Counted from the stretch's first letter, positions 37,618 to 51,965 are shown. The stretch: DNA of 64,000 nt from Mobula hypostoma (GCF_963921235.1 NC_086116.1:34286001-34350000); one strand, 5' to 3'. A program made the numbers and translations. Notes: a model not told the origin generated them from the letters alone.

Positions 37618-40222
37618 GTATGTGTACAAATGTGAAAATGGGAAATGCGGGGGATACTCAGTGGTCAGCGAGGATCCGTGATGTGAGAAACAGAGTTAAC
37701 ATCTCAAAGTCCTCTCGTCTTAACGACAAACATGATAAAGCAAGTGATAGAACAAGGATGCTTGGAGAGAAGAAAGTAAATTTATTATCAAAGTACATAT
37801 ATGTCACCATATGTCACCTTGAGATTAATTTTCTTGCGGGCATTCACAATAAATACAAGGAAAGAAATAATAAGTAAATAAGCAAGCAATAAATATTGTG
37901 AACATGAGATGAAGAATTTTGGAAGTGAGTGCATAGATTGTGGGAAGAGCTCAGTAATGGGGCTAGTGAAGTTGAGTGAAGTTAGTGCCTTTGTTCAAGG
38001 GCCTGATGGTTGAGGGGTAATGACTGTTCCTGAACCTGATGGTGTAGTTCCTGAGACTGATGTATCATCCTCCTGATGACAACAACGAGAAGAGAGGATG
38101 ATCTAGGTGGTGGGGGTCCCTTGAAGATGGATCCTGCTTTCCCGCGACCGCTCCATTTAGATGTGCTCAATGGTGGGGAGGGTTTTACTGGTGATGGACT
38201 GGCCATATCCACTACTTTCTGTAGAAGACGTCTATAAAAAGGTAAAGACTGAATTTGTCCAGGTGACACTGAGCTTTCAGAGCTGTTTAGCTGTTGGGTG
38301 AATGAGAGCCCTTAGAGATTTACAAAAAACTTATTTGAATTGTGTGAATCAGAAATAGTAGTCACTGGAAATCCAAAACGAAAGAGAGACTGGAAATCAG
38401 AAAATGCTGGAGGAACTCGGCAGGCCAGGCAGCATCTATGAAGGGGAATAAACGGTCGACATTTCAGGTCATAACTGTTCATGAGGACTGGAAAGGAAGG
38501 GGGAAGAAGCCAGAATAAAAAGATGGGGGGTAGGGGAGGAGTACAAGCTGACAGATGATGGGTGAGAGGGGATGTGGGTAGACGGGGAGTCTGGGTGAGC
38601 AGATAGTCGAAGAATCACAGAGCAGCACAGATCGGGGGGGGGGGGGTGCAGTAAGAGAGGGTCTCCTGAACTGACGAAGAAAATATTTGAACTATTGTAG
38701 GTATACCTCGAAGAAAATTCACAGTGGAGCAGTAAATCATAAACACGAGATTCTGCAGATGCTGAAAATCCAGAGCAACACACACAAAATGCTGGAGGAA
38801 CTCAGCAAATCAGGAGTGTGTGCTAATCTGCAGAATATCTTGTGTTTATGATGTACTGGAAAAAAGGATCTGTGGACAGAGAAAACTTTAAAGTTGCAGT
38901 TTGTTGGCCAGTTAGCTGTGATACACCACAAGATGTGATATTGGACCTCGGTGAGAGAGCTGTTGGGTATTTCCATCTCTGAATTAAGTTTTCATCCTAC
39001 AGCTAATGGGCACAGTTTACCGGGCTAACTGCCCACTTCCTGTACAAGGTTGTTTTATATTTGAAGATGAAAATATAATAATATAATATGTTGGCCATCA
39101 TTAGTCGTGGGATGGAATTCAAGATCCTTAAGGTAATGTTGCAGCTCTATAAAACCCTGGTTGGACCATGGAATATTGTGTTTAGTTCTGGTCAAAGTTC
39201 AAAGTACATTTATTATCCAAGTACACGTAGTTACCACATACTACCCTGAGATTCACTTTCTTGTGGGTGTTCACAGTAGATACAAAGAAACATAATAGAA
39301 TTAATGAAAAACTGCACACGAACAAAGACTGGTAAACAACCAATATGGAAAAGAAGACAAACTGCAAATGCAAAATAATAAATAAATAGATCATATTGAG
39401 AATATGTGTTGTAGAGCCCTTCAAAGTGGAATCAGTTCAGTGTTGTTCACCTCGCTATAGGAAGGATGTGGAGGCTTCAGAGAGGGTGCAGAGGAGATTT
39501 ACCGGGATGCTGACTGGATTAGAGAGCATGTCTTATGAGAATAGGTTGAGCAAGCTTGGGTTTTTCTGTTTGGGGTGAAGGAGGATGGGAGGTGACTTGA
39601 TAGATGTACAAGATGCATTGATTGAGTGGATACCCAGAGACTTTTTATCAGGGTGGAAATGGCTAATATAAGGGAGGGGGGCATAATTTTAAGGTGATTG
39701 GAGGGAAGTATAGGGCGGATGCCAGAGGCATGTTTTTCTACACAGTGGTGGATGCATGGAACCATCTGGGGTGGTGGTAGAGGCAAATACATTAGGGGCA
39801 TTTAAGAAACTCTTAGATAGGCACATAGATTATAGAAAAATAAAGGGCTATTTGGGGAGGAATTGCTCTTAGAGTAGGTTGAAAATCAGCATTACATTAT
39901 GGGCAGAAGGGCCTGTACTGTGATGTTGTGTTCAGTGTTCAATGTACATTTTTCTTTAATGCCTGAAGTTTCCTGGTTCTTTGGCAGTATCCTAAAAGCA
40001 GTCTCCCATTTGGAGGTGGTGGGAAGGAGAGAACACATTGATTGTTTAAAAAGAACTGGTTTTTATTTCTGTAATGTCTTTCACAGCACTTTTCCCAGAG
40101 TACCTATGTTCATTTTTGAGCTAATGACTATCTGTTCCACAAGATTCCTCTATACTGCTGAATCTGGTATCTGTTTTGTATAATAGACTGCCTTTGTATT
40201 AAAGTATGCAATTTACTTTTAG

Positions 40223-40325
40223 GGCACGATTTGAATCTCTGTGTGCTACACTGTTTAGCCAAAGTATCCAACCTATCGAGAAGCTTGTAGAAGAAGCAGG
40301 ACTTTCACAAAGTGATATTTCTAAG
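40223..40325 (+). CDS. HSPA14: HSPA14 exon 10
   Basis: Acceptor tttag; ARFESLCATLFSQSIQPIEKLVEEAGLSQSDISK; donor gtttgt. Confidence 0.95.
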
Positions 40326-40517
40326 GTTTGTAAATACATACTTAAATTTGAAAGTTTGGATTAAAGTTTGCAATTGTCTATGACAGTCATCTTATTTGGT
40401 ATGGTAAATAAAATAGAAATTTAGAGATGAATGTTCTTTGTCAGAATCAGGTTTATTATTACTGAATAGTATGATGTGAAGTTTGTTGTTTTGAGGCAAC
40501 AGTACAGGGCAAAGATA

Positions 40518-42136
40518 CAGTGGCATGCAAAAGTTTGGGCACCCCAGTCAAAATTTCTGTTACTGTGAATAGCTAAGCGAGTAAAAGATGACCCGATTTC
40601 CAAAAGGCATAATGTTAAAGATGACACATTTCTTTAATATTTTAAGCAAGATTACTTCTTTATTTCCATCTTTGACAGTTTCAAAATAACAAAAAAGGAA
40701 AAGGGCCCAAAGCAAAAGTTTGGGCACCTTGCATGGTTAGTACTTAGTAACACCCCCTTTGGTAAGAATCACAGCTTGTAAACGCTTTCTGCAGCCAGCT
40801 AAGAGTCTTTCATTCTTGTTTGGAGGATTTTGCCCACTCTTCCTTGCAAAAGGCTTCTAGTTCTGTGAGATTCTTGGGCCGTCTTGCATGCACTGCTCTT
40901 TGAGGTCTATCCACAGATTTTCAATGATGTTTAGGTCGGGGGACTGTGAGGGCCATGGCAAACCCTTCAGCTTGCGCCTCTTGAGGTAGTCCATTGTGGA
41001 TTTTGAGGTGTGTTTAGGATCATTATCCTGTTGTAGAAGCCATCCTCTTTTTCATCTCCAGCTTTTTTACAGACGGTGTGATGTTTGCTTCCAGAATTTG
41101 CTGGTATTTAATTGAGTTCATTCTTCCCTCTACCAGTGAAATGTTCCCCGTACCACTGGCTGCAACACGAGCCCAAAGCATGATTGATCCACCCCCTTGC
41201 TTAACAGTTGGCGAGGTGTTCTTTTCATGAAATTCTGCACCCTTTTTTCTCCAAATATACCTTTGCTCGTTGCGGCCAAAAAGTTCTATTTTAACTTCAT
41301 CAGTCCACAGGACTTCTTTCCAAAATACATCAGGCTTGTTTAGATGTTCCTTTGCAAACTTCTGACACTGAATTTGGTAGTGAGGACGCAGGAAGGGTTT
41401 TCTTCTGATGACTCTTCCATGAAGGTCATATTTGTGCAGGTGTCGCTGCACAGTAGAACAGTGCACCACCACTCCAGAGTCTGCTTAATCTTCCTGAAGG
41501 TCTTTTGCAGTCAAACGGGGGTTTTGATTTGCCTTTCTAGCAATCCTACGAGTAGCTCTCTCTGTAAGTTTTCTTGGTCTTCTAGACCTCAACTTGAGCT
41601 CCACCATTCCTATTAACTGCCATTTCGTAATTACATTATGAACTGAGGAAACAGCTATCTGAAAATGCTTTGCTATCTTCTTATAGTCTTCTGCTTTGTG
41701 GGCATCATTTATTTTAATTTTCAGAGTGCTAGGCAGCTGCTTAGAAGAGCCCATGGCTGCTGATTGTTGGGACAAGGTTTGAGGAGTACAGGGTATTTAT
41801 AAAGCTTAGAAATTTGCATCACCTGGCCTTTCCTAATGATGACTGTGAACAAGCTGTAGCCCTAACAAGCTAATTAAGGTCTGAGACCTTGGTAAAAATT
41901 ATTTGAGAGCTCAAATCTCTTGGGGTGCCCAAACTTTTGCATGGTGCTCGTTCCCTTTTTTTCACTCTAAAATTGTACAAAACAAAAATAATATACTAAT
42001 CTTGCTTAAAATGTTGAAAAGAATGTTTCATCTTTAACTTATATGACTTTTGGAGATCAGTTCATCTTCTACTCACTTAACTATTCACAGTAACAAGAAT
42101 TTTGACCAGGGGTGCCCAAACCTTTGCATGCCACTG
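40518..42136 (-). mobile_element. Full-length Tc1 (IR/DR type) DNA transposon with a disrupted DD34E transposase (about 41754->40737)
   Basis: TA flanks at 40516-17 and 42137-38. About 210-bp imperfect inverted repeats, each holding two copies of gcaaaagtttgggcacc. Transposase motifs VLWTDE, QQDNDPKH..(34)..SPDLNIIENLW and GGVTKY*. Stops and frameshifts present. Confidence 0.95.
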
Positions 42137-42204
42137 TATATATTTACAAACAAATAAATATAGTGCAAAAATGGAATGACAAAATAGTGTTCATCTGTTT
42201 ATTT

Positions 42205-42507
42205 TAAAATTTTATTTAGCGATATAGTGTGAAGTAAGCCCTCATGGCCCTTCGAACCGTGCCTCCCCAGCAACCCCACAACCTCAATTAACCCTAACCT
42301 AATCATGGGACAATTTACAATGACCAATTAACCTACCAAGTACGTCTTCGGACTGCAGGAGGAAACCAGAAGTCCCAGGGAAAACCCATGCATTCCACAG
42401 GGAGGGTGTACGGACACATCTTACAGAACAGTGCTGGGATCGAACTCCAAACTCTGGAACACCCGAGCTGTAATAGCGAGCTAACCACTATGCTGCCATG
42501 GCACCCG
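42205..42507 (-). mobile_element. V-SINE copy
   Basis: Family core and tail as in the other copies. Confidence 0.8.
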
Positions 42508-44294
42508 CAGCATTACTGTTGGTTTCTGAACATTTGTTGGACTGTTCAGGAATCTGAGGCTAGAGTGGAAGAAGCTGTTCCTAAATCGTTGAGTCCTGGT
42601 CTTCAGGCTTCTGTTCCTCATCCCTGATGGTAGTAATGAGAAGAGGGTATGTCCCATAAGACATAGGAGCAGATTTAGATCTGCTTCACCATTCTATCAT
42701 GGCTGATTATTCCCCTCAATTCCATTCTCCTGCCTTCTCCACCCTTACCCGAAAATAACACCATGGTTATTTCATATTTAATTAGACAAAGCTAAATTCT
42801 TGAGCCAAGATTTAAACATTAAAAGTTTTTAAAAAATTGTTTGAATGTGTCATTTTGCAGGTTGTTAACACAGACAAGTGACGTGCACACCCAATTTAAA
42901 TGCCCTTCAGTAACATAAAGCACCTGTAAGGTAGAATGACTTGCTATGAAGAAAATAGTTCCTGCTTGGTTCTTGCCATTTGCTGTATTCCCACTGATGG
43001 TGGATAAAATAAAAAATAAGTTTCTTCAGCTAATGAGTTTCAACAGCACATGATGTATCTGTGCTTCTTAACTCCACTGCAAGGAACCTTTTTTCCAAGT
43101 TAATGTAAGGTCTCATCAATGAAGGGAAGGTATGTCAACATTTTGAAAAGGAATTGACCCAATATGCCAGGTAGCTTACCTTTGAAACCAGGATTCCTCT
43201 GTGCGTGTATGAGGCCTTTTTATAAGTTATGAAGAAGTACCCATGGTAGTTGTAAATTTTTTGTTTAACCTCTGTTTAAGTAGGTGAAGTGCAAGGCAAT
43301 TACTGGAGCAAACAGTATTTCTGGTGAAATTAGGAAGTTTCATGTGCAACAGTTAATTTCTTCAGCTTGAACGTTGAAAAGGGTCAACTGCTTTGAGTCA
43401 GTTATTATATACATATATTGGAACTTATATATTGTGTTTGTTAACACAAATAATGCATCTCACTGTATGTTTTGATGTATTATATAAATCTGAATGTGAA
43501 TCTGAAGAGTGGTTCAGATGCTTGGCTTCCCGCTGTGAATGGTTCACTCTGGGACACCCTGTCCGATGTGCTGTGGAATACTCTTTACTTGCCCGGCACA
43601 TCCAGGACAAAGCTGCACACCCAACTGGAGTCTCATTCACCAGAATAAACATTCTCTCTACCCTTCAACGTTGCTGTGATTAGTCATAGAGTCAGAGAAG
43701 AATACAGCACGGACACAGGTCCTTCAGCACAACCAGCCTATGTTGTCCACAGTACCCACCCAGCTAGTCCCAATTTCCTGCATTCAGCCCATATCCCTCC
43801 AAGCCTTACCCCTCCACGTACCTGTCCAAGTGCTTCTTAAACGATACTATTGTACCGACCTCAGCCACTTCCTCTGGCAGCTCATTCCATATACTCACCA
43901 CCCTGTGTCTGAGGGAAAAGTTGCCCCTCAGATCCCTATTAAATCTTTCCCCTTTAACCCTAAACCTATGCCCTCTAGTTGCAGTTTGTTGGCCAGTTAG
44001 CTGTGATACACCACAAGATTGCTCTGGGCCTGTACTTGCTGGAGTTTAGAAGCATGAGGGGGGATTGCATTGAAACCTATTGAATATTGAAAGGCCTAGA
44101 TAGAGTGAATGTGGAGAAGATGTTGCCTATACTAGGTGAGTTAGGAACAGAGGGCATAGCCTCAGATTAGAGGGATGTCTATGTAGAACAAAAATGAGGA
44201 GTTTCTTTGCCAGAAGGTGGTTAATTGGTGGAACTTATTGCCACTGACGGCTGTGGAGGCCAAGTAATTGGGTATATATAAGGCAGATTCCAGA

Positions 44295-45945
44295 GACACA
44301 TCAGGGACTGTTGTATATTTAATTTCACGGAAACATAGCTGTCCCCTGCCATTTTGGACGCCATGTTGCAGTTTGATGGCTTCACCATTCCCCACAAAGA
44401 CGGGACAGCTTTTAGAGGTGGAGTATGCTGTATGATTAACTCGTCGTGCACAAACATGGTAGTTCAGTCTCAGTCCTACTTAATCGATCGGAACATCTAG
44501 CAGTAAAATGTAGTGCTTTTATCTGCCAAGGGAGTATTCCATCGTAATCCTGGTAACAGTGTACATTGCATCTCAGGCCAATGTCCGGAAGGCACTGGAG
44601 GAGCTGAGCACGGTGGTGAGCAGGCACGAAACTGCACACCCTGATGCCTTCCTTATCATTGTGGCGGATTTCAACCAGGCCAGCTTGAACAAGCCTCTGA
44701 TGCCTGTGGAATCAGAGGAGCTAACACACTTGACCACTGTTATACCACCATTAAGAACGCTTACAATGCCATGCCATGCCCACGCTTTAGAACATCCAAT
44801 CACCCAGCGGTGCTTCTACTCCCAACGTTTAGCCAGAGACTAAAAGTGCGGCACCAGTGCTGAGGACCAAGAAGGTGTGATCGAGGGAGGTGGCAGAGTA
44901 CTTACAGGACTAATTTGAGTTGATGGACAGGACAATATTCAGGGATTCATCTTTGAATCTGAATGAATATGCTACAGTTGTCATCGACTTCATCAAAACT
45001 TGTGTGGACAAGTGTGTGCTTTCAAGAACGTACCGGACATACCCAAACCAAAAGTGTTTATAAATCAGGAGGTTCTTTGTCTGTTGAGGGCCAGCTCTTA
45101 AGGTAGCCTTCCGCAGATCATACCTGGATAACTTGTACAGTTCTGGATCACTGGTCTCGAATGCATTCAAGACTGATGATCCGGAACTATACATGAAGTC
45201 CCGATACGACCTATGGAAGACTATTTTAAGAGCAAAAAATATCAATCCCGATTGAGATTAAAGACAGAATTGATGTATGTCAGTTCTAGCGGGGTTTGCA
45301 GGCCATTACTTCATAGAAAGCTAAACGTCCCTCCATGAATAGCTGTGATGCTCCATTCCCAGATGAGCTCCAATGCCTGTGATGCACACTTGTGCAAATT
45401 CCTGCAGCATATGGTGACCCTGTGATCTCTGTCACAGAAGATGATGTCAGAACATCTTTCAAGAGGGTGAACCCTTGAAAAATGTCAGGCCCTGATGGTG
45501 TACCCCGTAGGGCTCTGAAAACCTGTGCCACCCAACTGGTAGGAGTGTTCAAGAGACACCTTCAATCTCTCACCGCTGCGGTTGCAGGCTCCCAGTTGTT
45601 TCAAAAGAGCGACAATCGTACCAATGCCCAAGAAGAGCAGGGTGGGCTGCTTCTGTAACTATCACCCAGTGTCACTCACAACTACTGTGATTAAATGCTT
45701 TGTGAGAGGTCGCTCATAGTTAGAATCAACTTCTGCCTGCGCAAGGCCCTGAACCCATTGCAATTTGCCTATCAGCTCAATAGGTCTACAGTGGATGCAA
45801 TCTCACTGGCTTTCCACTCAGCCTTCAATCACCCAAACTATAGCAATATCTACATCAGACTGCTGTTTATTGATTATAGCGCAGCGTTCAACATGATCAT
45901 ACCTTCAGTTCTAATCAACAAGCTCCAAAACCCGGGCCTTTGGAA
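44295..45945 (+). mobile_element. Rex1/RTE-X-type LINE (endonuclease plus RT remnants)
   Basis: GGVCCMIN, HPDAFLIIVADFNQASL, NPLQFAY..RSTVDAI..LLFIDYSAAFNMI; many disablements. Confidence 0.82.
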
Positions 45946-47350
45946 CTCATCATTGAAAAGGGTATGATTGACAAATACCTGAATAAGCATTTGCTTAGGT
46001 TGCAGATAGGTCCTTCTGGGCTGATCTAATAGATGACCACCTCTCAGAAATTAACACTTAAACTTCGAATGTTAGTGTTTTCACACTGCATTTCCTCATG
46101 TGGAGGTTAGATCTTTATTGATTTACTTTGTTTCATGTTGGTACTTTGAAGGCAAATGTAATTTACTTATTTATTTAAGGGTACAGTGTGGAATGGGCCC
46201 TTTGAGCTTCGCCACCCAGCTACCCCCAATTTAACCCTGGCCTAATCACGGTACAATTTACAATGACCAATCAACCGGTATATCTTTGGAATGTGGGAGG
46301 AAACTGAAGCACCCAGAGGAAGCTCTCACGGTCACTAGGAAAAACGTACAAAGTCCTTACAGGGAGTGTTGTAATTGAACTCCAAACCTCAATGGTCCAA
46401 GCTGTGATAGCATCACGTTAACCGCTACGCTGCTGTGTCGCCTCCCAATTATTCTCATCATTTACTTAATTCCAATCTTGTTTGACAGAGTCAGGTTAGA
46501 ATCAAGCATTTGCCTCTAAGTTTCAGTTTGGTCTTCCAGTTATGGGGTGCCACGGTCCTGATTAGTGTAATGCTATTGCAGTGCCAGTGATTGGGGTTCA
46601 ATTCTTGCTACTGTCTGTAAGGAGTTTGTACATTTGTCCCGTGACCACGTGGATTTCCTCCAGGTGCTCCGGTTTCCTCCCACATTCCAAAGACTTATGG
46701 ATAGGAGAAAAACATACAGTTACAAATTACATACACTAGAGATTTTGCAGATGCTGAAAGTCCAAAGCACCATACACAAAATGCTGGAGGAAATCAGCAG
46801 GCAAGGCAGCATCTATGGAAAAGAACAAACAGTTGATGTTTGGGGCCAACCCTTCTTCAGGATTGTTACAAATTATGATAGCAGAAAAAACATGTAATTA
46901 CAAAAATTTTTGAAATTATCATTACTTTTGTAACCTTGTTTTTCTACTATCATAATTACATGTGCTATACATGCTGTGTGCAGCTGTCGGTATTGTGTTT
47001 TACCTCTTGGACCAGAGGAACGCTGTTTTGTTTGGCTGTATTCATGTGTATAGTTGAATCACAATTAAACTTGAACTTGAAGATTCAGTTTGGCCTTTTA
47101 GGTATGGATATAGTAAGTTAATTGGTTCCATGGGTAAAATTGGGTGGTATGGCTTGTTGGGCAGGAAGGGCTTGTTATCGTGCTGTATCTCAAAATAAAT
47201 GATATATATTGTAAAAAAAAAAAGTAGGAGCTCCTTAAGTCCATCTGAATGGTCGATAGAGTATTCTAAGCTATTCTGCGAACCAAAATCCATGTTTTTC
47301 TCATTGTTCACATCAGAGGGTCAAATGTGTTTTGTTTCTTTTTTCTCTAG

Positions 47351-47566
47351 GTTGTGCTCTGTGGGGGCTCAGCCCGCATTCCAAAATTGCAGCAGATGAT
47401 TCGAGACTTGTTCCGAGACGTCGATTTGCTGAACTCCATCCCTCCCGATGAAGTGATTGCAGTTGGTGCTGCAACTGAGGCTGCCTTGCTGTTGGGGAAG
47501 GAGAGCATTGCACTGGAGGAGGAGGGTCTCATCGTGGAGTGCTCAGCCCGAGACATTCTCGCTAAG
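47351..47566 (+). CDS. HSPA14: HSPA14 exon 11
   Basis: Acceptor tctag; [37 protein letters not shown]; donor gtagtg. Confidence 0.96.
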
Positions 47567-48697
47567 GTAGTGTAGTCTAATTTCCCATTGCAAGCCCCTT
47601 GGGTATTCAGAGCTGTAAGAAAGATTAGCTTTATTTGTCACATGTACATTGAAACAGAGTGAAATGTATGATTTGCATCAATAACCAACACAGTCCAAGA
47701 ATGTTCTGGGGGCAGCCAGTAAGTGTTGCCATGCAACATAACATGCCCACGACCTACTAACCCTAACCCGTATGTCTTTAGAATGTTAAAGGAAACCGGA
47801 GCACCCCAAGGAAATCTTCTGCAGGCACTGGGAGAGGGTGCAAATTCTTTTCAGACAGTGACACGTTTAAACTTGGGTCGCTGGTACTATAAAGCATTAC
47901 ATTAGCCCTTATGTTGTTGTGCTGCCTTAACCTTAGAACTAGAAGTCTACGATTAATGATTAACATTTATGCAAGGTCAGTGTCTTTTGTCACTTTGATA
48001 GGTCAGGGTGTAGAATATAAAAGTTGGGAGGTTATGTTGCATCATGTAATATTGTGTGTGCATCACTTGTCACCTCACTAAACAATGTGTGGTCGTGATG
48101 GAGAGAGTGCAGAGACATTCACCAGGATGTGGCTGGGTTTGGAGCTTTTAATTATGGGCAGTGATTGGAGTGAAGGAGGCCGTGGGGTGATGTGATAGGA
48201 CGCATGTAAAACTATGGGACGTACAGATGGGGTGGGTGGTCAGAATCTTTTATCCCATGGTGAGGTGTTGAAAGTGTGAGAGAAAAGTTTTTAGGTGAGA
48301 GGAAGAAGCTCTGAGGGGAAAAGTTCTTTACACTGAGTGATTGATATCTGGAATCCTCAAGTGCGAGTAAATCTTTCCTTGGCCCGCAACTTGATTTTTC
48401 AGTTTTTTTTTCTTTACCAGGGTTGCTGAACAACATGACTTCTGTCTATTTCTCCAGTTTATCAGCTTAGACAGGCACTGGAGGATAGGGCCCGAGTGCA
48501 AATGGGAATTAGTGTAGATGGACAAAAGGTCAGAGTGGATTTGATGGGCTAAAGGGCCTGTTTGTGTGCAGTACGACTCTTTGCATTATTAGTTAACGTT
48601 CTATCGAACCTCTACAATGTAGATGCATCCTTCTCATACGTTTTACAGAGATGCATCTTCACGAACTGTTGCCTTTAACCCCATGTGTTGTGTACAG

Positions 48698-48871
48698 GAG
48701 ACTGACGTGACTGGCTCTGACACCTACACCGTCGTGTTTCCATCGGGTACTCCACTCCCAGCGAGAAGACAGCATGCATTCCGGGCGCCAGGGACCACAC
48801 CATCTGTGTGTCTCGAGCTTTACCAGTCTGGCGGAAAGGGATGCGAAACAGTGAGAGACAAAGTGGCACAG
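48698..48871 (+). CDS. HSPA14: HSPA14 exon 12
   Basis: Acceptor tacag; [33 protein letters not shown]; donor gtgtgt. Confidence 0.95.
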
Positions 48872-49997
48872 GTGTGTGTTAGTTTACCAATCTATAAACA
48901 ATGTTGTGTGGTTTGTCTGTCAATCAATCTCTTTGCTTACATTTGTACAGACAGAACATGAAGTCCTCAACATTATATATAACATAAACCCTGCATTTTT
49001 TTCACTGTTTCTTGCATGTCCATTTTTCATTTATGCATCAGGCATTTCTTATCTGCATTTCTCATTGGCTAAGTAAAGCAGCCAACATAATCACAGACCC
49101 AACCCAAGCCAAACGTTCTCTCTCCTCCCCTCTCCCATCGGGCAGGAGATACAGAAGCCTGGAGGATGTACCACTATGCTCAAGGACAGCTTCTATCCTG
49201 CTGATATCACTCTTCTGAATGATCCTACAGTCTACCTCATCATAACCCTTCCACCTTAATGTCTGTCTGCACTGCACATTCTCTGTAACTTTAACACTTT
49301 ATTCTGCATTCTGATATTGTTTTACCTTCCATTACCTCAGTGTACCATTGTAATGAAATTATCTGTACTAGTGGCATCCAAAGCAATGTTTTTTGCTGTA
49401 TCTTGGGTGTGACAATAATAAACCAATTTACTGTTAACAAGTTGAGCAGCACACAGAATTCTGCAGGAACTCAGCAGGTCAGGCAGCATTTATGGAAAGG
49501 AATAAACAGTTGACATTTCAGGCTAAGACCCTTCATCAGGACTGCAAAGGAAGGGTGCAGAAGGCATAATAAGGAGATAGGTTGAATACACAAGCCGGAG
49601 GGCTTTAATAGTAGATGCACAGAGCAGGGCTGTCTGGAGCTGTCTTCCCTCGCTGCAGTTCCCATGCCATGAGTTACTGTGGAAGGGTCTCAATGCTGTT
49701 TGTTGGTGGCGGCTGGGATTGAGAGACAACTGTCAGAACACCTCAGATTCTGACATCCTTGTTATAAGAGATCCTGCAGACGCTGGTCATCTAGAGCAAC
49801 ACATACAAAATACTGGAGGATCTCAGTAGGTCATGCAGCATCTATGGAGGGGAATAAATGGTCAAAGTTCTGGCTTGAATTACAAATGACAGAGGTGAAG
49901 TCTGTTATACACCTTGGAAACCTAATGTAATTGTGTGAATTTTTCCATTTAGAACACATTAGCAACTGCTTTCTCCCTTCTTTGTTTTATTGACTAG

Positions 49998-50068
49998 GTT
50001 GTCCTCAGAGATTTACAACTGAAAGAAAGCAGCAACCATGAAATCCTAGCTATACTTACCATGAAAAG
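49998..50068 (+). CDS. HSPA14: HSPA14 exon 13
   Basis: Acceptor actag; VVLRDLQLKESSNHEILAILTMK(R); donor gtatgt. Confidence 0.93.
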
Positions 50069-50859
50069 GTATGTGTCTTGAAGATTCTTGTAAGAGAAGA
50101 GGGTTGGTTGGTGTGTGGATTTGGAAACAAAAATGGGAGATTTTATTTTTTAAATGATGATTTGTTATTATCTACCCTTAAGTTCAGGTTTATTGTTGCC
50201 ATAAGCATGCATACCCAGAGTCAACATCAAAGTCAGGTTTATTGTTATTGCAGCAACACTGGCACATCACATCAGAGACACAACATTCACAAGAAAAACA
50301 TCACGTTCATGTGCCTGTCTACACATTAATTGTATCTGCCTTCACCACCACCGCTAGCAGTGCATTCCAGGACTCAACACTCTCTGTACATTTAAAAAAA
50401 AAACTTCCCCGCACATCTCCTTTGAAATTACCGCCTCTCACCTTTAATGCACGTCCCCTGGTATTAGACATTTCATCCCTGGGTAAAAGATACTCCCTGT
50501 TAACTCTTACCTATGCCTCTCATAATCTTCTAAATCTCTTATTAGATTTCCCCTTAGCCTCCACCACTCCAGAGAACACAACCCAAGGTTGCCCAGCCTC
50601 TCATTATGGCACATGCCCTCTAATCCAGGCGGCATTCTGGTAAGCCTCTCCTGCACCCTCCTGTAATGAGGTGACCAGAACAGAATGCAATGCTCCAGAT
50701 GCAGCCGAACCAGTTTTATCAGAATCAGGTTTATTTTCACTCCCTAATATGATGTGAAATGTATTGTTTGCAGCGGTAGTATAGTTTCAAAATAGTGCAA
50801 AACAGTATGAGGCACTGTTCATGGGTTCATAGACTGTTCAGAAATGTACAGCTACAACA

Positions 50860-51965
50860 TAATTCCAATTGGTTTATCGAGAAAGTAAGGAGGCATGGGA
50901 TCCAAGGGGACATTGCTTTGTGGATCCAGAACTGGCTTGCCCAACAGAAGGCAAAGAGTGGCTGTTGATGGGTCATATTCTGCATGGAGGTCGGTCACCA
51001 GTGTCTCAGGAATCTATTCTGGGACCCCTTCTCTATGTGATTTTTATAAATGACCTGGATGAGGAAGTGGAGGGATGGGTTAGTAAATTTGCTGATGACA
51101 CAAAGGTTGGGGGTGTTGTGGATAGTGTGAAGGGCTGTCAGAGGTTACAGCAGGACATTGATAAGATGGAAAACTGGGCTGAGAAGTGGCAGATGGAGTT
51201 CAACCCAGGTAAGTGTGAGGTGGTTCATTTCAGTAGGTCAAATATGATGGCAAATATAGCATTAATGGCAAGACTCATGGCAGTGTGGAGGATCAGAGGA
51301 ATCTTGGGTTCCAAGTCCATAGGACACACAAAGCAGCTGCGCAGGTTGACTCTGTGGTTAAGAAAGCATACAGTGCATTGGCCTTCATTAATCGTGGGAT
51401 TGAGTTTAGGAGCCGAGAGGTAATGTTGCAGCTATATAGGACCCTGATCAGACCCCACTTGGAGTACTGTGCTCAGTTCTGGTCGCCTCACTACATGAAG
51501 GACGTGGAAACCATGGAAAGGGTGCAGGGGAGATTTACAAGGATGTTGCCTGGATTGGGGAGCATGCCTTATAAGAACAGATTGAGTGAACTTTTCTCCT
51601 TGGAGCGACGGAGGATGAGAGGTGACCTGATAGAGGTGTATAAGATGATGAGAGGCATTGATCGTGTGGATAGTCAGAGGCTTTTTCCCAGGGCTGGAAT
51701 GGCTAGCACGAGAGGGCACAGTTTTAAGGTGCTTGGAAGTAGGTACAGAGGAGATGTCAGGAGTAAGTTTTTTACACCGAGAGTGGTGAGTGCGTGAGGC
51801 GGATACGATGGGGTCTTTTAAGAGACTCCTGGACAGGTACATGGGGCTCAGAAAAATAGAGGGCTATGGGTAACTCTCGGTAATTTCTAAGGTAAGGGCA
51901 TGTTCGGCACAGCTTTGTGGGCTGAAAGGCCTGTATTGTGCTGTGGGGTTTTTTTATGTTTCTGT
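50860..51965 (+). mobile_element. CR1-type LINE, 5'-truncated (RT C-terminal half plus 3'UTR)
   Basis: LGPLLYVIFINDLD..SKFADDTK..W.EKWQMEFN, RPHLEYCAQFWSP, RRRMRGDLIEVYK, TRGHSFK. Confidence 0.92.
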
